Position numbers and translations under genes: made by a program
Shown: positions 46,981 through 61,598 of the stretch, in pieces
How the letters are laid out: every line of letters begins with the position of its first letter
Numbering within the stretch: position 1 is the stretch's first letter
DNA from: Saccostrea cucullata
Lineage: Eukaryota
Reading direction: 5' to 3'
DNA length: 64,000 bases
NCBI RefSeq assembly: GCF_032062105.1
Contig: NW_026919154.1
Location: 62,001 to 126,000, forward strand
The notes under the pieces: model-generated
The model's database searches: none
The model's input: the letters and a program-made list of their open reading frames with translations, nothing else
What the model was told of the DNA's origin: nothing

Positions 46981-49599
46981 GAAAGTGCAAAATTAATACG
47001 TTTTTTGTGAAAAAAAAAGAATGAGGAATACCATTGTTTGTAAAGTAAAATATCAATTACACACATCTACTGGGATTATTAGCGTTATATTTAGCACCTA
47101 AAAATATACATAAATATTGTGTCAGAAATATTTTAAGGTCGGACGATACGTTCCCCAAATATCTGTTTTGTAAATCTTTATAATGTATGATAAATATATA
47201 AATTCTTTATTACTTTCGGTTGTCTAAACCGGTTTTTAATTTGTTTTTAAAATTTGAAACACTAAAAATGTACTTTTGGCAAACTAGGTATTTTTTCCTA
47301 AAGAATTATATAAGAAATCCTAACCTCTGGTATCTCACACAAATGCCTGGTAAGGTACCTTGATTGTTTGTGAGAAATCATGTTAAAGTGGTAATTCTTC
47401 AAAGACGAAATCTTAAAAAAAAATAAATATTATTGAGGATCGTCTCGTCTGTCCTAAAGATGATATTGTTAAGTAGGAGCAAGGTACGTCTGTTTATAAA
47501 TAATTCATACAGATCTTTTGATCTGGGTTTGAATGATGAATATTTTTTTTATAAGGTAATGACTCTAAATCCTGATGGAGTGACTACAGTATACAATTCA
47601 ATTCATATTATAAGGTACCAGCATCCTGATATACTTGGCAATATTTTTTTTACAAATATTAGTTTCAGATCTAAGCAAGGCACTGCAAGAAATGATAATT
47701 CCCATTTATTTATATATTTTTACTTTATTGTTCCGATTTTAATAACGTAAAGTAATATTTTTTCTATTTAAACCTTAATAATGACAAGTACATGTAGTGA
47801 AAATTATTCGATGTGCTCATTTTGATATTGAGTCAAAATGTAAATCACGCCCCTCGATAAGATACCGAGCGGTCTTACAAAACATTTCATGATTTCAGTT
47901 AGGATTAATCCTTGTTCCTCATATCTTGAAAATAGACGCCGATATGTAGTCTACAGTTTATTTACACAACATATCACAAATAGAAACATTCAGGAAAAAA
48001 TAATTCACAGTATATAAAATCCAAGTAAACAATCACATATAAATCCAATCATAGGCAAAGGTTATAATCCAAGTAAACAAGTATAAGTGAGTATATCTAT
48101 ATCTCTACATATCAGTATTCTCCTATTTATCTTACTACTAAAATTCTGTCGCGCTATATATACTCAAGATCCGCTCCTGAGGATCAGAAGCACATTATAA
48201 GATCCTTAAGATCAGGAGTCAATACACAGGTCATTACGATCAGCAGGGGGGGGGGGGGTAGATATGAGGGGCGATTAATAAGATAAGATTTATAGTGTAA
48301 GTGTAGATAATGTGTGAACAATTAATTATTGAAAAATGATATTAAAGATAAGACATTCTAAATCGTTACATATTTCGTAAGATAGGGACATTGATGAGTC
48401 ATTGGTTGCCAGAAATAGATAACAGGAAAAATACAAACAGAAAGTTAAATTAAGGTGAGGTTTATTTTCTCTCTTTAAAAAACATGCAATTAGACATTCA
48501 ATCTTTTGAAAAAAATTACAGGAACTAATCTGAATGAATATAACCAAATTAATACTAGTAATGTTTGGTTTTTATGACTTATAGAGATATTATTAAGGTC
48601 AACGTGAGTTTAAAACAAAATTTTGCTCTAACACTACATTGCTTATCAATAAGATTTTTTTTTCATCCGGTTTTTATCAGAACAACTGATTCAACTTTCT
48701 GTAGAAATGTAACTAAGTAAATGGATAAATGGTGTATGAAATATTTGAGAGATTCGGCTAACCTGTTTTATTAAGCAAATCTAAAAAGCAAAGAAATAAA
48801 CTGTTCCTGTCAATGATTTCTTTTAATTTCAGCTTAATTCAGTGCACACATAAGTCATATAAGGAAGACATGATTAGATTATAAGTGGCTTTAAATGAAA
48901 ATCCTGTAAACGACGCGAACCCCATATCTTAATACTTTGAAAAGAATTTTTTATTTAGAGGAAGTTTCATCAAAAGAAAGGATTGGTTAAAATTATTTTA
49001 ATTTATATAAAGATTTTCATGCATTTTTAGCTTTCAGATTGGATTAAACTGATGTGTTATGCAGAATAATATCCTATCGATTTTATGTTTATTTATTAAT
49101 ATTAAATATACATATCAAAATCTAAAATACGAGATGAGATGTGTTCAAATATAAATATTTTGATAGCATTTGAGTTCTCTTGTTTCTTGTTGTGAATTTT
49201 TTTTCCTTATTTATGTGCCTCATTTTTTTTATCATTCAAACGACGAGACGGGGGATACTATCGAGTATTTAATTTTTGATTGAATGTATGTTGTGTATTT
49301 CCCTCAAGAGAATTTTTTCCTCACAATGACACGCCATCACTTGCCGATGGAGAGCTGCCAATTTTGTAATAAACTCGGCACTCAGGCACAATGAGCAGGG
49401 AGAGATATATCTTTCGTGCAAGCAGCTTCTGGCACACGGGACTTCGGTGTCCACGGTCTTTTTGAAAGACCGGTCACCACGTCCCACATTGGGATTGAAA
49501 AACTCTACTCTTGTCACAATCACTTGCCAATGTAAAATGGGTAAAAGACATTCTTCTTCATAGAATATTCTTCCATGAATCCAAAGATTTGTATAACTT

Positions 49600-52500
49600 T
49601 ATGAGTGTTTCATCCCGATAAAATTTGACCTTATTACTCATAAAATATATATGTATACCTAATATTTTTGTCAAAGGTGAGTCACTTAAAGTTGAGTAAA
49701 GGTATATAACAGCGGAAATCTTTAAAAAAAATCTCAACACAATACTTGAGCTAGCGGGAATGAGCTTCATGTACAGTTACATCTTTCCCTATATGAAATC
49801 ACGTGAAGAGTAATCCCCTTACTTAATTCAATTAATATTTTTTGAATAAAAATTTCAAGAACAAACAATTGTTTGATATGCCTTATTTAATCAAGCTTAA
49901 GTTTTTTGAGCATTAGTACTTTAAAGAATTCTCAGATTTGAGATATGCGTAGGCACATTTCAATGACCATAAATCAAACTTGTTCAGATGTTGATTTCAG
50001 GATGCACACTAAAAAAACACATTGTGATATATGCATTGTTAAAACTGATTACATTCCGCAGTATTGTTATGGCTTCCCATAGCTTTAAATGCGTATAAAA
50101 TGTGACAATCGTTGCAAATTGATTTTAAATTTTATGTTTTAGTTATGTACCTAAATACGACAAATTCATGTAGAGAGTACCCTAAACAATACATAAACGT
50201 ATTTGTTTCAATATCACATGACGTTGTTGATCACGTGTCTGTCATTTTTACTTTTTTGAAGTGCTTCACATTAATCGCTTTGGCACAGTCCTATAAAATC
50301 ATTATTCATATATTTTTTTAATCATTCATAATATCTTTGTCAAGTAAACAAACTCATCCTTGTGAAATGGAAATGTGCTTTTGAAAAGTTAAGCTATCAC
50401 TCTGGTACAAGCCATTTTAGAATAACTTCAAGTTAACGACAAATCTATGGGTATTTTCAGCTCAATATTATCATCTGTTTAAAAAGAAAGCCATAATACA
50501 TTTTCCAAGCATTATTCAGTTAGAGGGGAGACTCCTCTTACAGACTTTCACAAAACATCTCAAATTAATTTTCATTAAAGGCCCGCAAAAGGCTCTGTTA
50601 TAGACATATTATGAATTCTGTCTCTATCCACGAGTATAAAAAAAGGGTAAATGTCAAATGGTTTTTTTTGTATTTATTTTAAGCACCTCCCCCCCCCCCC
50701 CCCGCCGAATCTTACACAAGAGTAATAAAACAAAGTTATCTAAATTTTTCGAATATATTATATGTTAAAAAGTGATTAAAACATGATTATTTTAAACTAG
50801 CATTCTGCATCTTTATATGCAGATTGAAATAAAATGTTAGGTTTATGACACTCTCTCTATCATTACAGCTGAAGTCTGCAGTGACTTGACGTCATGTTCA
50901 ATTATTACGTCATACATTTGTATTTCAGAGAAGTCCATGCACAGTGTACACTGTGATATTCTATGGAAAGCCTTATCGTACATGCGTAGTTGGGTGAACT
51001 TCGTAATCTTGATGATCTGATTTCTGGCGTTATTGTTAAGTAGAGTGTTAAATTAATCCTCTACCAAACCGAAAGAGAAGTTGAACTTATTCTACTTACA
51101 GGTTGGTTGAGCTTTGTAAACCCACTCCTTGGTTTATGAATATCTACTTTTTACTGAATATCTAAAAGTATTCAATGAATAATAGAAGATTTTTTAATTA
51201 GTTAAAATACATTGATAGAAAAAGATAAAAGTGGAAAGTACCACATTCACATGACTGATGATATGTATGAAGCCGGTCATTTCGATTTTTAAATTTTTTA
51301 AAAAAGTTATCGAACCTTGATTAAAAGAAGAAAATTCAAATTTTTTCACAATATCCGTAGTTAAGGATTCATTTCCCTTCATAGCTTCCTAAACAGAGAT
51401 TTATGCATATTTTTCTCAAGACTTTTTTTTTAAATTTGAATAACTTATTAAATATTATAAAAATGCATGCGTTGCCCAAAGACTTCAATGTAGATTTGAA
51501 GATGCAATCGATTCGCAATTATAAAAATTTTGTAATTTTTTTGATAGAATAAATTTATCGGAAAATGATTTAAAATGCTAACCATTATAAGAAATATATC
51601 GTACCATACATCTATAATGTACAATTATGGTCATTTTACATTGAATAATTTAGTACCATAAGAATTTCATTCCAGATGAGTGTTAATATGCTTAAATAGT
51701 TTGCATTATCAGAAGTTTTCATCTTTACTAAGAATTGAACATACATCATAATAAATAATTGAAAAATTTTCAGACATTTCTGTATAAAATATACGTATAT
51801 TGTAAACCACTGTATACGTCAACATTTGTGACTATGCGTAGGGATAAGTATTGTGGAGAATATTGGCGCTCTTATATGAATTCTTTATAGGAGATAAAAC
51901 GGTGTTATAAGAAAATTATAATATATTTTATTATGTATCCAGCTGTAATTTCATCCAGATGAAATTTGACCTTATAACTTAAACGATTTACATGTATAAC
52001 TAATATCTGTGTAAATAGCGAGTCAATGAAAGTAATGTAATCATACATACAATGTAATAGCATAAATTTTTAAACTCACAATTGTTGAGCTACCTAGAAT
52101 GAGCCTCATATACATATGCATTTTTCTGGTTTGTATTAAGTATTTTTCTTGAAACCATATTTGATCAAGATAAGGAATTAAAGCACAATTTCTTATGAAT
52201 TTTTTTTTTCATGTTTGAGGATGTTTTGCATTGACCTTAGATCAAATTGTTCTGGGCCCGGTTGTTCAAAAGATGGTTAAATTTAACACAGTGGTTAAGG
52301 ATAATTTGATCTAAGGTCAATGCAAAACATCTTCAAACATGAAAAAAAATATTGATTTCAGGATGCACACTAAATAAGACCACATTGATATGATATATAT
52401 AAATTGTTTAAACTGATAATATTCGTTGGTTGATTTTCGTTATCTTGATGACCTCATTTCAGGTGCTAACATGAAGCAAATTGTTATATCAATCTTCTAA

Positions 52501-53080
52501 CAAAATGAAAGTGAAGACGGACTTATTGTATTTTAGGATTTCCTCTGCAGTTATGTCATACATGTACACCCACACTTTAATGTTGAATATCTACTTTTTC
52601 TCTAGCTCTGATAATGTTCTAAATGCATAATAAATGATTTTTAGCACTTCTGATTAATTTTAAACTACTTCAATATACATTGGTAGAAAAAGACAGAAGC
52701 GACATAATCCAAAACCACATGACTGGTATAATAGAAACCAGTCAGTTTGCAACTTAAATGTTTTAAGAAGTTATTGGCCACAGAAGAAGAAACATAGTAA
52801 TTGTCGAAATATCTGTGACTATGGATTTATGTAATTTCAAAGTTTCATAAATAGAGATTTTAATTTTATTTTATCACAAATTAATTTGTTTGAAATTCTA
52901 ATTAATATATTACAAGCGCATGCGTTGCCTGTAGACTTCAGTTTAGAGATCAATGTGCAATTCATTGGACAATGATAACATTTTTGTAAATTTCTTTGAT
53001 GGATAAATTTTATTTGAAAACTCCTTTAAAATGTTACCATGATTAAACATAGCGCACCATGCATCTATAATATATATGAT
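49600..53080 (+). repeat. Diverged tandem segmental duplication (~49600-51640 vs ~51945-53080)
   Basis: Collinear anchors aaatttgacctta, ttgatttcaggatgcacactaaa, gaatatctactttt and gcatgcgttgcc. Confidence 0.75.
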
Positions 53081-53086
53081 TATATT

Positions 53087-53089
53087 ATA

Positions 53090-53124
<35 letters not shown>
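53087..53124. repeat. (TTA)n microsatellite
   Basis: Direct reading. Confidence 0.9.
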
Positions 53125-53125
<1 letters not shown>

Positions 53126-53163
53126 CATTGCATATCTTAATGTAGGTCGCGGGTTTGCTTTTG

Positions 53164-55290
53164 TCAATGACAATGACAATGATTTATTTCTCTTAAATGC
53201 AAAAACATACATTGTAGAGAGGAGGTAGGAAAATTTACAAAGACAAAGAAAGAATATAATACATGTACATGTATAACACATAGAAAAAGAATATAATACA
53301 TATATAATAAACAATACAAAATATGATTAAGTTCAAGTCAGTTATTTCATCTATAATTTGTTTGACAATCATTAGAAATTTACATAATTTTTTCAATGCT
53401 AGAGAGTTTGTTGTTGTAAAAAGTTGCTTAAATTTCTCTATACATGTATTTGGTCTGCATGTGAGGGAGTTTGAAATATATTTTATCCTAGCCTCTTTAA
53501 TTTCTTTTTGTGTGCATTCAAAAACATAATGGAATTCATCACCAATCTTATAACAATTACATAAAGTACAAATCCTTTGTTCTCTTGGAAGACCATTCCA
53601 TCTCCCAGTTCCTATAGGGAGTTTAAAGTTGTTACATCTAAATTTACATAACAAAATTGAAAATTTTCTAGGCAGATGAACAAGATATCTCTCTGGTTCT
53701 AGTATTTCTTTATAAATACGATAATTTAACCCTTTGATGAGTTAAAAACATTACTTTGCCAGTTTTGGATATTTTGATCAACAAGTATTCTTTTTACTTC
53801 ATTTTTTACCCATGCTACACTGTACATCTGTTGTGTTGTCCATAAATAAGATAATCCACAATCATCTAGAATGTTTTTAACATAGTTAGCCCAAGGTAAA
53901 TTATGTCTTAATGCTAGTATATACATTTTTGTAGCAAATTTATCCATCGTTTGAGAAAAATGTAGTTTTGCCCAAAAAGAAATCATTCTCACCTTAATAT
54001 TAATGATAAGTGGAAATCTGCCAAGTTCCCCATATACCATGTAATTTGGCGTTTTAGTGTTCAAACCTAGTATGTATTTACAATATTTTAAGTGAAGTTT
54101 TTCAATTAAAGTATTTTTTGTAAATCCCCATATTTCACATCCATATAACAAAACTGGTTGTACAATTCTGTCAAACAAATCTATCTGACAATCCATAGAA
54201 AGATTATGTTGTTTACATTTTGATATCACTCTATACATAGCTTTTACAGATTTATTGTATTGTTCTTCTATATTTTGATTGAAAGAACCTGATTTAGAAA
54301 AATATATTCCTAAGTATTTATAACTGTCAACAATCTCTAGACTTAAACCGTCATAGGTAAAATATAAATCTTGTGTTATTCGACCTCTCCCAAAAATCAT
54401 TATTTTTGTCTTGTCAACATTTACTTTTAACCGCCATTTTATACAATATTCATGAAAACAGTTCAACACACTTTGTAATGACTCAGGGTTTTTAGCAAAT
54501 AAAACAGTGTCATCAGCATACAGCAGTGCAAAAAGCTTAATATATACATGGAGTTCATTTTCAATAATTTCAGATAATTTCTCTAGACCTGTTATATCCT
54601 TCATGTTGAGGATTGATTCTAAATCATTTAAATAGAGAGTGAACAAAAAAGGGGATAAATTTTCACCCTGTCTTACACCAAGTTGACAAGGAAAAGTATC
54701 TGAAAGAACACCATTTACTTTGAGTTTTGCCTTGATACTCTCATACATCTTCTTGATTATTCTAAAACATTTTCCATCTATATTACAATCAAATAATATT
54801 TTGTTCCAAAGTCTTATTCTCCATACAGAATCAAAAGCTTTTTTCAAAATCAATAAAGGCATAATAAATTCTTTTTTTAATCTTTTTGAATATTTCGATG
54901 ATTGTATGCAAAGTAAATATATAATCAGTTGTACCATAATTTGTACGAAATCCAGCTTGATTTTCTTTTATTATTTTGAATTCTTCTGAATATCTATTAA
55001 GTCTATTATTTAAAATGGATGTAATTAACTTTTCAACACAACTAATTAAAGTTATTGGGCGATAATTTTTGGGTTCAGTATCATCACCTGTATTCTTATA
55101 GATAGGAGTTATTTCACCACACAGCCACTCGGAGGGGAAACAACCACTGTTAAGAATTTTGTTGAATATTTTTTGATAGAGGGGCACCATTATGTTGCAT
55201 GAGCTTTCAATATATTCATTGTATACATGTATATCATCACTTCCACATGATTTGTTTCTTTTAAGACTTTTTATACTTTGCATTATTTCC
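53164..55290 (-). mobile_element. 5'-truncated LINE (CR1/L2-group, Zenon-like) RT pseudogene
   Basis: NYRPITLISC, QAGFR, FIDFEK/AFDSV, GVRQGENLSPFLF, LYADDT; C-terminal RICTLC..GDEFHYVFEC; AATAAA followed by a (TCATTG)3 tail at 53164-53188. Confidence 0.9.
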
Positions 55291-57447
55291 TTATTTTCTT
55301 AGTATCGGTATGTTTTTTTCTTTATCGTTTTCGAACAAAGTGATCAAATTTATGTGTTATGTTTATGTGTTATGCCTGAAATCCTATTTACCATAAATTT
55401 CGTAATAGTACAAAACTTTTTTATCACTCGCGTTGTAGTCGCTGTATGTTCATTTTCATGCATGAGGAATGTTTATACCGTTCATTCTGACTTTATGATT
55501 AGAATATTTCTTAATGCTAGTAACAATAACTTGTTGGTCATCCTCATATGTCTCTGCAATAAGTTAAATGATGAATAAAATCATGCATCTGTGTCACAAT
55601 TTACATTTTTTTTTTACATCTTGCATATTCCAAAGGCCAAGATATTCGTACTCGTATTGTTAACATGAATACGTTTAAAATATGACGTTGTAGACATATT
55701 TAACGATTTAAACGGAACATTTTACCGATATACAAAAGCAAAAAAATCTAGCGAGAAGACTTATTGATTTTTATATCAATGATTTTGATTTTACGTCATC
55801 TTGGAATTAGAATTAAAAAAAATCTGACTATTTCGTCTTCGTCTACGTCTTTAAAACGTTATTCAACCTTTTTTTTTTTTAAAAAGAAATTATTTTCCCA
55901 AAATTAGTTAAGAACGATATTTTTCTCTATATTTCAATAGTAAAGCGTGAAAAAAGTATTAGAAACTATGCTGCGTTACAGTGATATAGCATGAAAACTA
56001 CGTAGACAAATTTAATAAAAACTGCAGGTAACATGCTGTAAATTCTAAGTCACATTATATAGAATTTCAGGATATGTTTTCTCTTAAGAATTCTATGCAG
56101 TAAACCCGCTGCCTACCTTAATGCCATAATTTTTTTTTCCAAATGAGTGCTGAGGTAATTTAAAAATTTGACGTTTACTGTTCATACAAATGACTTAACC
56201 TGTATATAATAACTGATTGGAAGCATTAAAAAAATGTACGTATTCAGGTATATTGTGGAGAATATAATCGCTATTATCTGAGGTGTTTATAGGAGACAAA
56301 ACGTATTATTAAAAAACTCTAACTCCCAGTTTCTGACATAAAAAAATCAATTATTATTAATTATGACGTTACACAAGCTCTAGGCATACATTACTAAGTA
56401 ATATCTGTAAAATCTTAAACATCATTATCTCAATCATGGCTAAACCAAAAGATTACGGTTAACAGAGCTATAAGAATATTAAATGTATCTATGCACTTAA
56501 ATCCTATTTGTAAGCTTGCATTGCTTGGTCAGAGATGTCCGTTCAGGCGTGGAACACTTAATTCATTCATCTAGATACTGTCTGTGAAATCTTTTTATAT
56601 CAAATTCAATGATCATTTAAAAATCGAAAATGAATGAATTAAGGACAGATGATATAAGAATTTTTTTAGTAAGTAGACTTAATATTATCTCATAGACTTA
56701 GTCTTTGAATTGAAATAGACTTGGAAAATATTGGTTAAATATCTAAAAACAAACAAACAAACAAACAACCCAATAGACAACTCAACTCAAATAATGTCCA
56801 CAGATGAAAATAAATTTCACAATATATCAGCTTATAGTGCTAAACATGTCATATGAACTTTCAAAAAATATACCAAGCCATTTGAACTTTATGAGGAATA
56901 TAAAAATGGTAAAAATAAGTTTGACGTACTTTTTCTGGTTCCTTTTAACCATTTCGAGTAATCAGTACATTTAATTAAATCAATTAAGTAATTATATATT
57001 AACTTTAATTCCTGACCCAGTGAATACAGTGTTATAATCAGTTTATACACTGGTATGTTACACTCACATTTTAAAGTACCATACTTCTAACGTGCATGGA
57101 AACATTTTTTTAAAATACTATTTTAATACCTTAAACGAAGCACTGCAAGGCACGATAATTCCTATTTCTTTAAACGATTTACACTTTGTGTCATTGTTTT
57201 TAATTAAAACGATATAAATTTCTCATCAAACAAAAAAATAAAATAAAATAATTGGATGTCTTATTAGTTCGATTTTGAGTAATAAATAAAATTACGAATA
57301 GGACGTCGATTCGATATTGCTAAAAATATGGACATTGAATAGTAATTGATTACCAGCTATAGATTACTGCAATAAAATGCGTTCAAACAGAAAGTCAAAT
57401 TAAGAGCGAAGGAGTTATACTCTCAAAATGAATATTTGATTTAATAA

Positions 57448-58274
57448 AGGGGGAATTCACCATGCATCGGACACCCTTGTACTTCAACAAGTTCTAGCGA
57501 TATCGCTACTGATAGAAAGTTATCAAAATGGAGCTTTACATTTAGTAGGTGATCGGAACATAAATTTTGGGACACAAATATATACATGTATTTTTATTGA
57601 GGAAATATTATCAAAAATCGAGTTATCAAAATTTGTGTAGAATTCAACATGGATCGGACATTATTAACCATGCATCGGACAGAGGATATTTGGACCGAAA
57701 AAATATCATACCTTTATCATAATGCTTTAAAATCCTTGGTATTGATATACTTTTATATCTTATTTAAGAAATAACTCTCAAATTAAATTTATTATGATAT
57801 CGTTGCACAAATGTGGAAAGATTCACGATGCCTTACTCTGCCTTAGAAATGCTTTAAAATGCTTGTAATGCGGTAATTCGCGCCTTTTTCTCTTGCGTTC
57901 AATTAAATTGAGTCAGATTCTAGACGTTATATATCGATAAATTGTATTTTAACTGTTAATTTAGGGGTTTTTTTCTATTTCCGCAAAAAACAACTGTCAG
58001 TTGGGTTATGTATGAAAATGGTAGTGATAAACTTTGCATTAGAAAATGTCCAATGCTTGGTTAATTTGTGTCCGATGTACGGTGAAATGAGTATAGTAGT
58101 AAAAACCAGATCTAATAAGAATGAAATAAACATTGAGGTGAAATTTCTTTATAATTTATGTAAAATTACCAATCCCTAACAAATTTCACCCAAGTCCGAC
58201 TCGTTCCGTGGAAGTCGAATTTAAAGAACGATAACTCTAAAAATGGCAAAATCTTAATTTCTGGTAATTCCCCT
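57448..58274. mobile_element. Non-autonomous TIR element
   Basis: ggggaattcacca / tggtaattcccc; internal catgcatcggaca repeats and an inverse tgtccgatgtacggtgaa. Confidence 0.6.
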
Positions 58275-60078
58275 TTGATGATGTAAAATATGACGTAACT
58301 GCAAGGCCATTCTCGGTGTATTTTTATCAAAACATAATATTAACAATTGGTATTTTCAAAAAATTCAAATCCTCAGCTTCAAGTCAAATAAATACACGGA
58401 ACACTGAAGTTGAAAGAGAGTTTATTGCCCAAAGTTGTCCGAAACAGGGTATGTGTCCAATAGTCCAATCCACACTTTGCAAAAAGTTGTTTACCTATGT
58501 GGGGTCAACCAAAAAGTCAAAAGGGAAAGAAACGTCATTTCTCCAGTTTATGCAACCAAATATTTGGGCGTGCTGTAAAAAATTCATTGTGTTTAATTTT
58601 TTTTCTTTCAATTTGTGGGTAGCCCCATCTTGGGGCAATCAGTCCATAAAAAGCAGAGCTTTTTTTTAAAGTAAAATGACGAAGTTACAAACCCGAAAAC
58701 TACAAAGGCTACTGTGTGGATTGTATGGGTTTATCCCCTAAGATGGCGGCAATTTTTTTTTCATTTTGACAACTGAATTTGGAATGTTCAAATAGTATAT
58801 ATTAATTCAGATTAAAATTAATTCATTAATTAAGTCAGAAGAAGCCTTTCATTTAACACATATTTATAAATGTAAAGATGTAGAAAATAATCATCTTAAA
58901 TAGAATTATATTATTAAAATATTCAAAAACGTTTAGAAATAAAGTTTTATCACGCAATTCTGAAAATTTGTCGGTGAGATTTACATTGTAGTATCACTAC
59001 AAATTATTAATTTTTGAGGAATTAAACTTATAAGATTGATAATAATTAATAACATTAATAATTTAATCATTAATTATATCATCACACATAATTTTTATAA
59101 TTTTTAAAGACAATTTTGGCATATTCACACCGTTTTAAATGTTGAAAATATCTATTTTGCGATTTACACCTGCAATTACCTGAATTATTTATTTATAGAA
59201 AATTCCAATAATAATTCTGTAAAAAGATTTAAAGAATTTAATTGATTACTAATCCAGTGATATATAACACATAGCATAAATGAAATATTTTGACCCCTAT
59301 TAAGTTTTAAATGCCCTCCCACTCATCTAAAAGGCTCTAAGGGGTAGCAAGGCAAACACTCCAGGGATATGGCTAGTTTGTCAAATCGTGGCCTCAGATG
59401 AATTGCATCACTTATTTGATATATGCATCATTCAACCCCAAGACGTGAAGTCCGCCACTTGTTGTCATGGGGTTTAAGCTCAAGAAATGTCCACATTCAC
59501 TCAGCTTTCTTTGGCACTGGACTGTGGGAAATTTATATGGAGATATTCATAATTTTGAAGCTAGCAAAGAAGCGACATTCACTATATAGTCTTTACATGT
59601 AAATGATAATGATGTTGAGGTGGAAGTAGACCTGAAAAACAATCTTGGATTCTTTATTTATTTATTTTTGTTAAATGTGACAAAATTTTATCATTAAATT
59701 GTGGTATAAATTCAAATGTCTTTATCTGTGAATCAATCTTTTGCAATTGGTTCAGCTATCTACCTCTAAAGAAACAAAATATTACTTTTTAATATCTAAT
59801 ATGATATACAGTTTACCTAAAACAGTCAAATATAATGTAAAGTTAAAATAAAAAGTTAAATTGAAAAAAAAGTAATTACCTACCTACCTACCCTAATTTT
59901 GAGGGACATGTTACCGGAAACAAACATATTTTTTGGCCTTATTGAGTTGAATTTATTTTTGATGAAGCCATGCAAACAATTTAGAATTATAAAGGAACAA
60001 AAAGAAATTATCAAGAGATATTTTTTCATACAGGAGTCATTACAGATGTACACCTTGATTTTTTATTGCAAGTATTTA

Positions 60079-60410
60079 TTATACCCCCCGCTTGAAAAGC
60101 GGGGGGGGGATATATAGTAATCGTTTATTCCGTCCGTCCGTCTGTCCGTCTGTCCGTCCGTCCGTCTGTTACGCTTTAGGGTACCCATCTCTTATTCACA
60201 ACTCCTCTCATACCACTGAATGAAATTTGATGAAACTTTCACAGAATCTTTATTACATATTGCCATTGTGCACCTACTATTTTACCTTTTGATCCGACAC
60301 ATATTTTGGGTTTCCCGGCCACAGGAAAACATGGACTTTTTCACCAGTTACAACCATATGGGAGGCGGGGGGTATCATTTAGTGAGCTCATCGCTCACAG
60401 TACCTCTAGT
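60079..60410 (+). mobile_element. Helentron/DINE-1-like non-autonomous element
   Basis: TTATACCC start; ccccgc-ttgaaaa-gcgggg hairpin; (GTCY)n microsatellite; 3' subterminal gggtat; gtgagc..gctcac hairpin; T-run insertion site. Confidence 0.85.
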
Positions 60411-60697
60411 TTTTACCTATAATATTGTGATGATGCAATCATCTGTCAAAATCAGCTTTAGGATCAATCGCCAGTCTTCTCAGTTTTGGGTTTTTTACTT
60501 AAAAAAAAAGCAGAACTGTGACACTAAACTCAAGTTGTTGAATGCATCTATAGGCCATAAAAACGAACTTTTTTTCACTATGTTGATGAAAGAATCGACT
60601 TGATATCGATTTCAACAAACATAAACGCCAAATGCTAAACAAGGTTTCTTTCTTCACTTTCAAATCAGTACGTAACAAAAGTCAAAAGCTTATTAAG

Positions 60698-61598
60698 CAG
60701 GTCCAGTCCAAAGACTATTTCTACCTAAGTAGGTAATATGCTGACGGTGCGACCGTTAGAGCGAGCGTAAACTCTTCTATTTTTTTTATTTAGATCGGGC
60801 TCGTTAAACCGCACGTGACTTTTGGTGCGTCTAGACTCTGACGTCACATGACGTATGCAAGTTGCAATATACCGAGAAAAGGCCTGAACAGTGCTGAAAG
60901 TTAATGAAAAACGTTTTATTTTCTATTTATCTTCAATATATATGCATTAAATCAAGGCAAGTAAACTTTTTGTTGAACATTTGCCGTGATTCTCGCGAGA
61001 ACGTAGCTAAAACAAGTGATGCATTGTGGGTCCAAATTACGGCATCAAAAAATTCTATCGAATGAATGTGCAGAAGTCCGAATTTTCTCTTCGCACAGGC
61101 GTTGCTTTAAGAGCTGGCTATGCGAGCTGCGCTTCGTGCCTCCTCGCTGCGCTCGCTATTAATAGCTACCTAGGTATTTAAAAGCTACCCAAAGTAGCTA
61201 TTTTTACCTACTTTCTGCTTTACCTGCATTTTGTGGCCAAATATAGGAACGGCGCAACATGGTGAGCACAAAATTTCTTGATACAGTCACACTGATGATG
61301 AATATGACAAAATTTGGCCAAAAAATGAAAACTTCGTATATTATCAATTTTGCATAGAAACTAATGTAAAATTGCCGAGTTAGGAAGTATTCATTTTTTG
61401 GCCAAAATTTTGTCGTATTCATCATAAGTGTGACCGTATCGAAAAATATGGTATTCACCATGTTGCGCCGTTTGGTCTTTTGGTCGCAAAATGCAGAAAT
61501 TATATAAGGTAGGTAAAAATAGCTACTTTTGGTAGCTTTAAATACCTAGGTAGCTATTGATAGCTACGTAGGTAGAAATAGTCTTTCGACTGGACCTG
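60698..61598. mobile_element. 900-bp TIR element containing a 400-bp internal palindrome
   Basis: caggtccagtccaaagactatttctaccta / taggtagaaatagtctttcgactggacctg; TTAAG on both flanks; internal palindrome 61161-61558. Confidence 0.85.

Noticed and set aside
52943-53314. 123-aa ORF with poly-Asn
   Set aside because: Translation of the (TTA)n microsatellite and the LINE 3'UTR.
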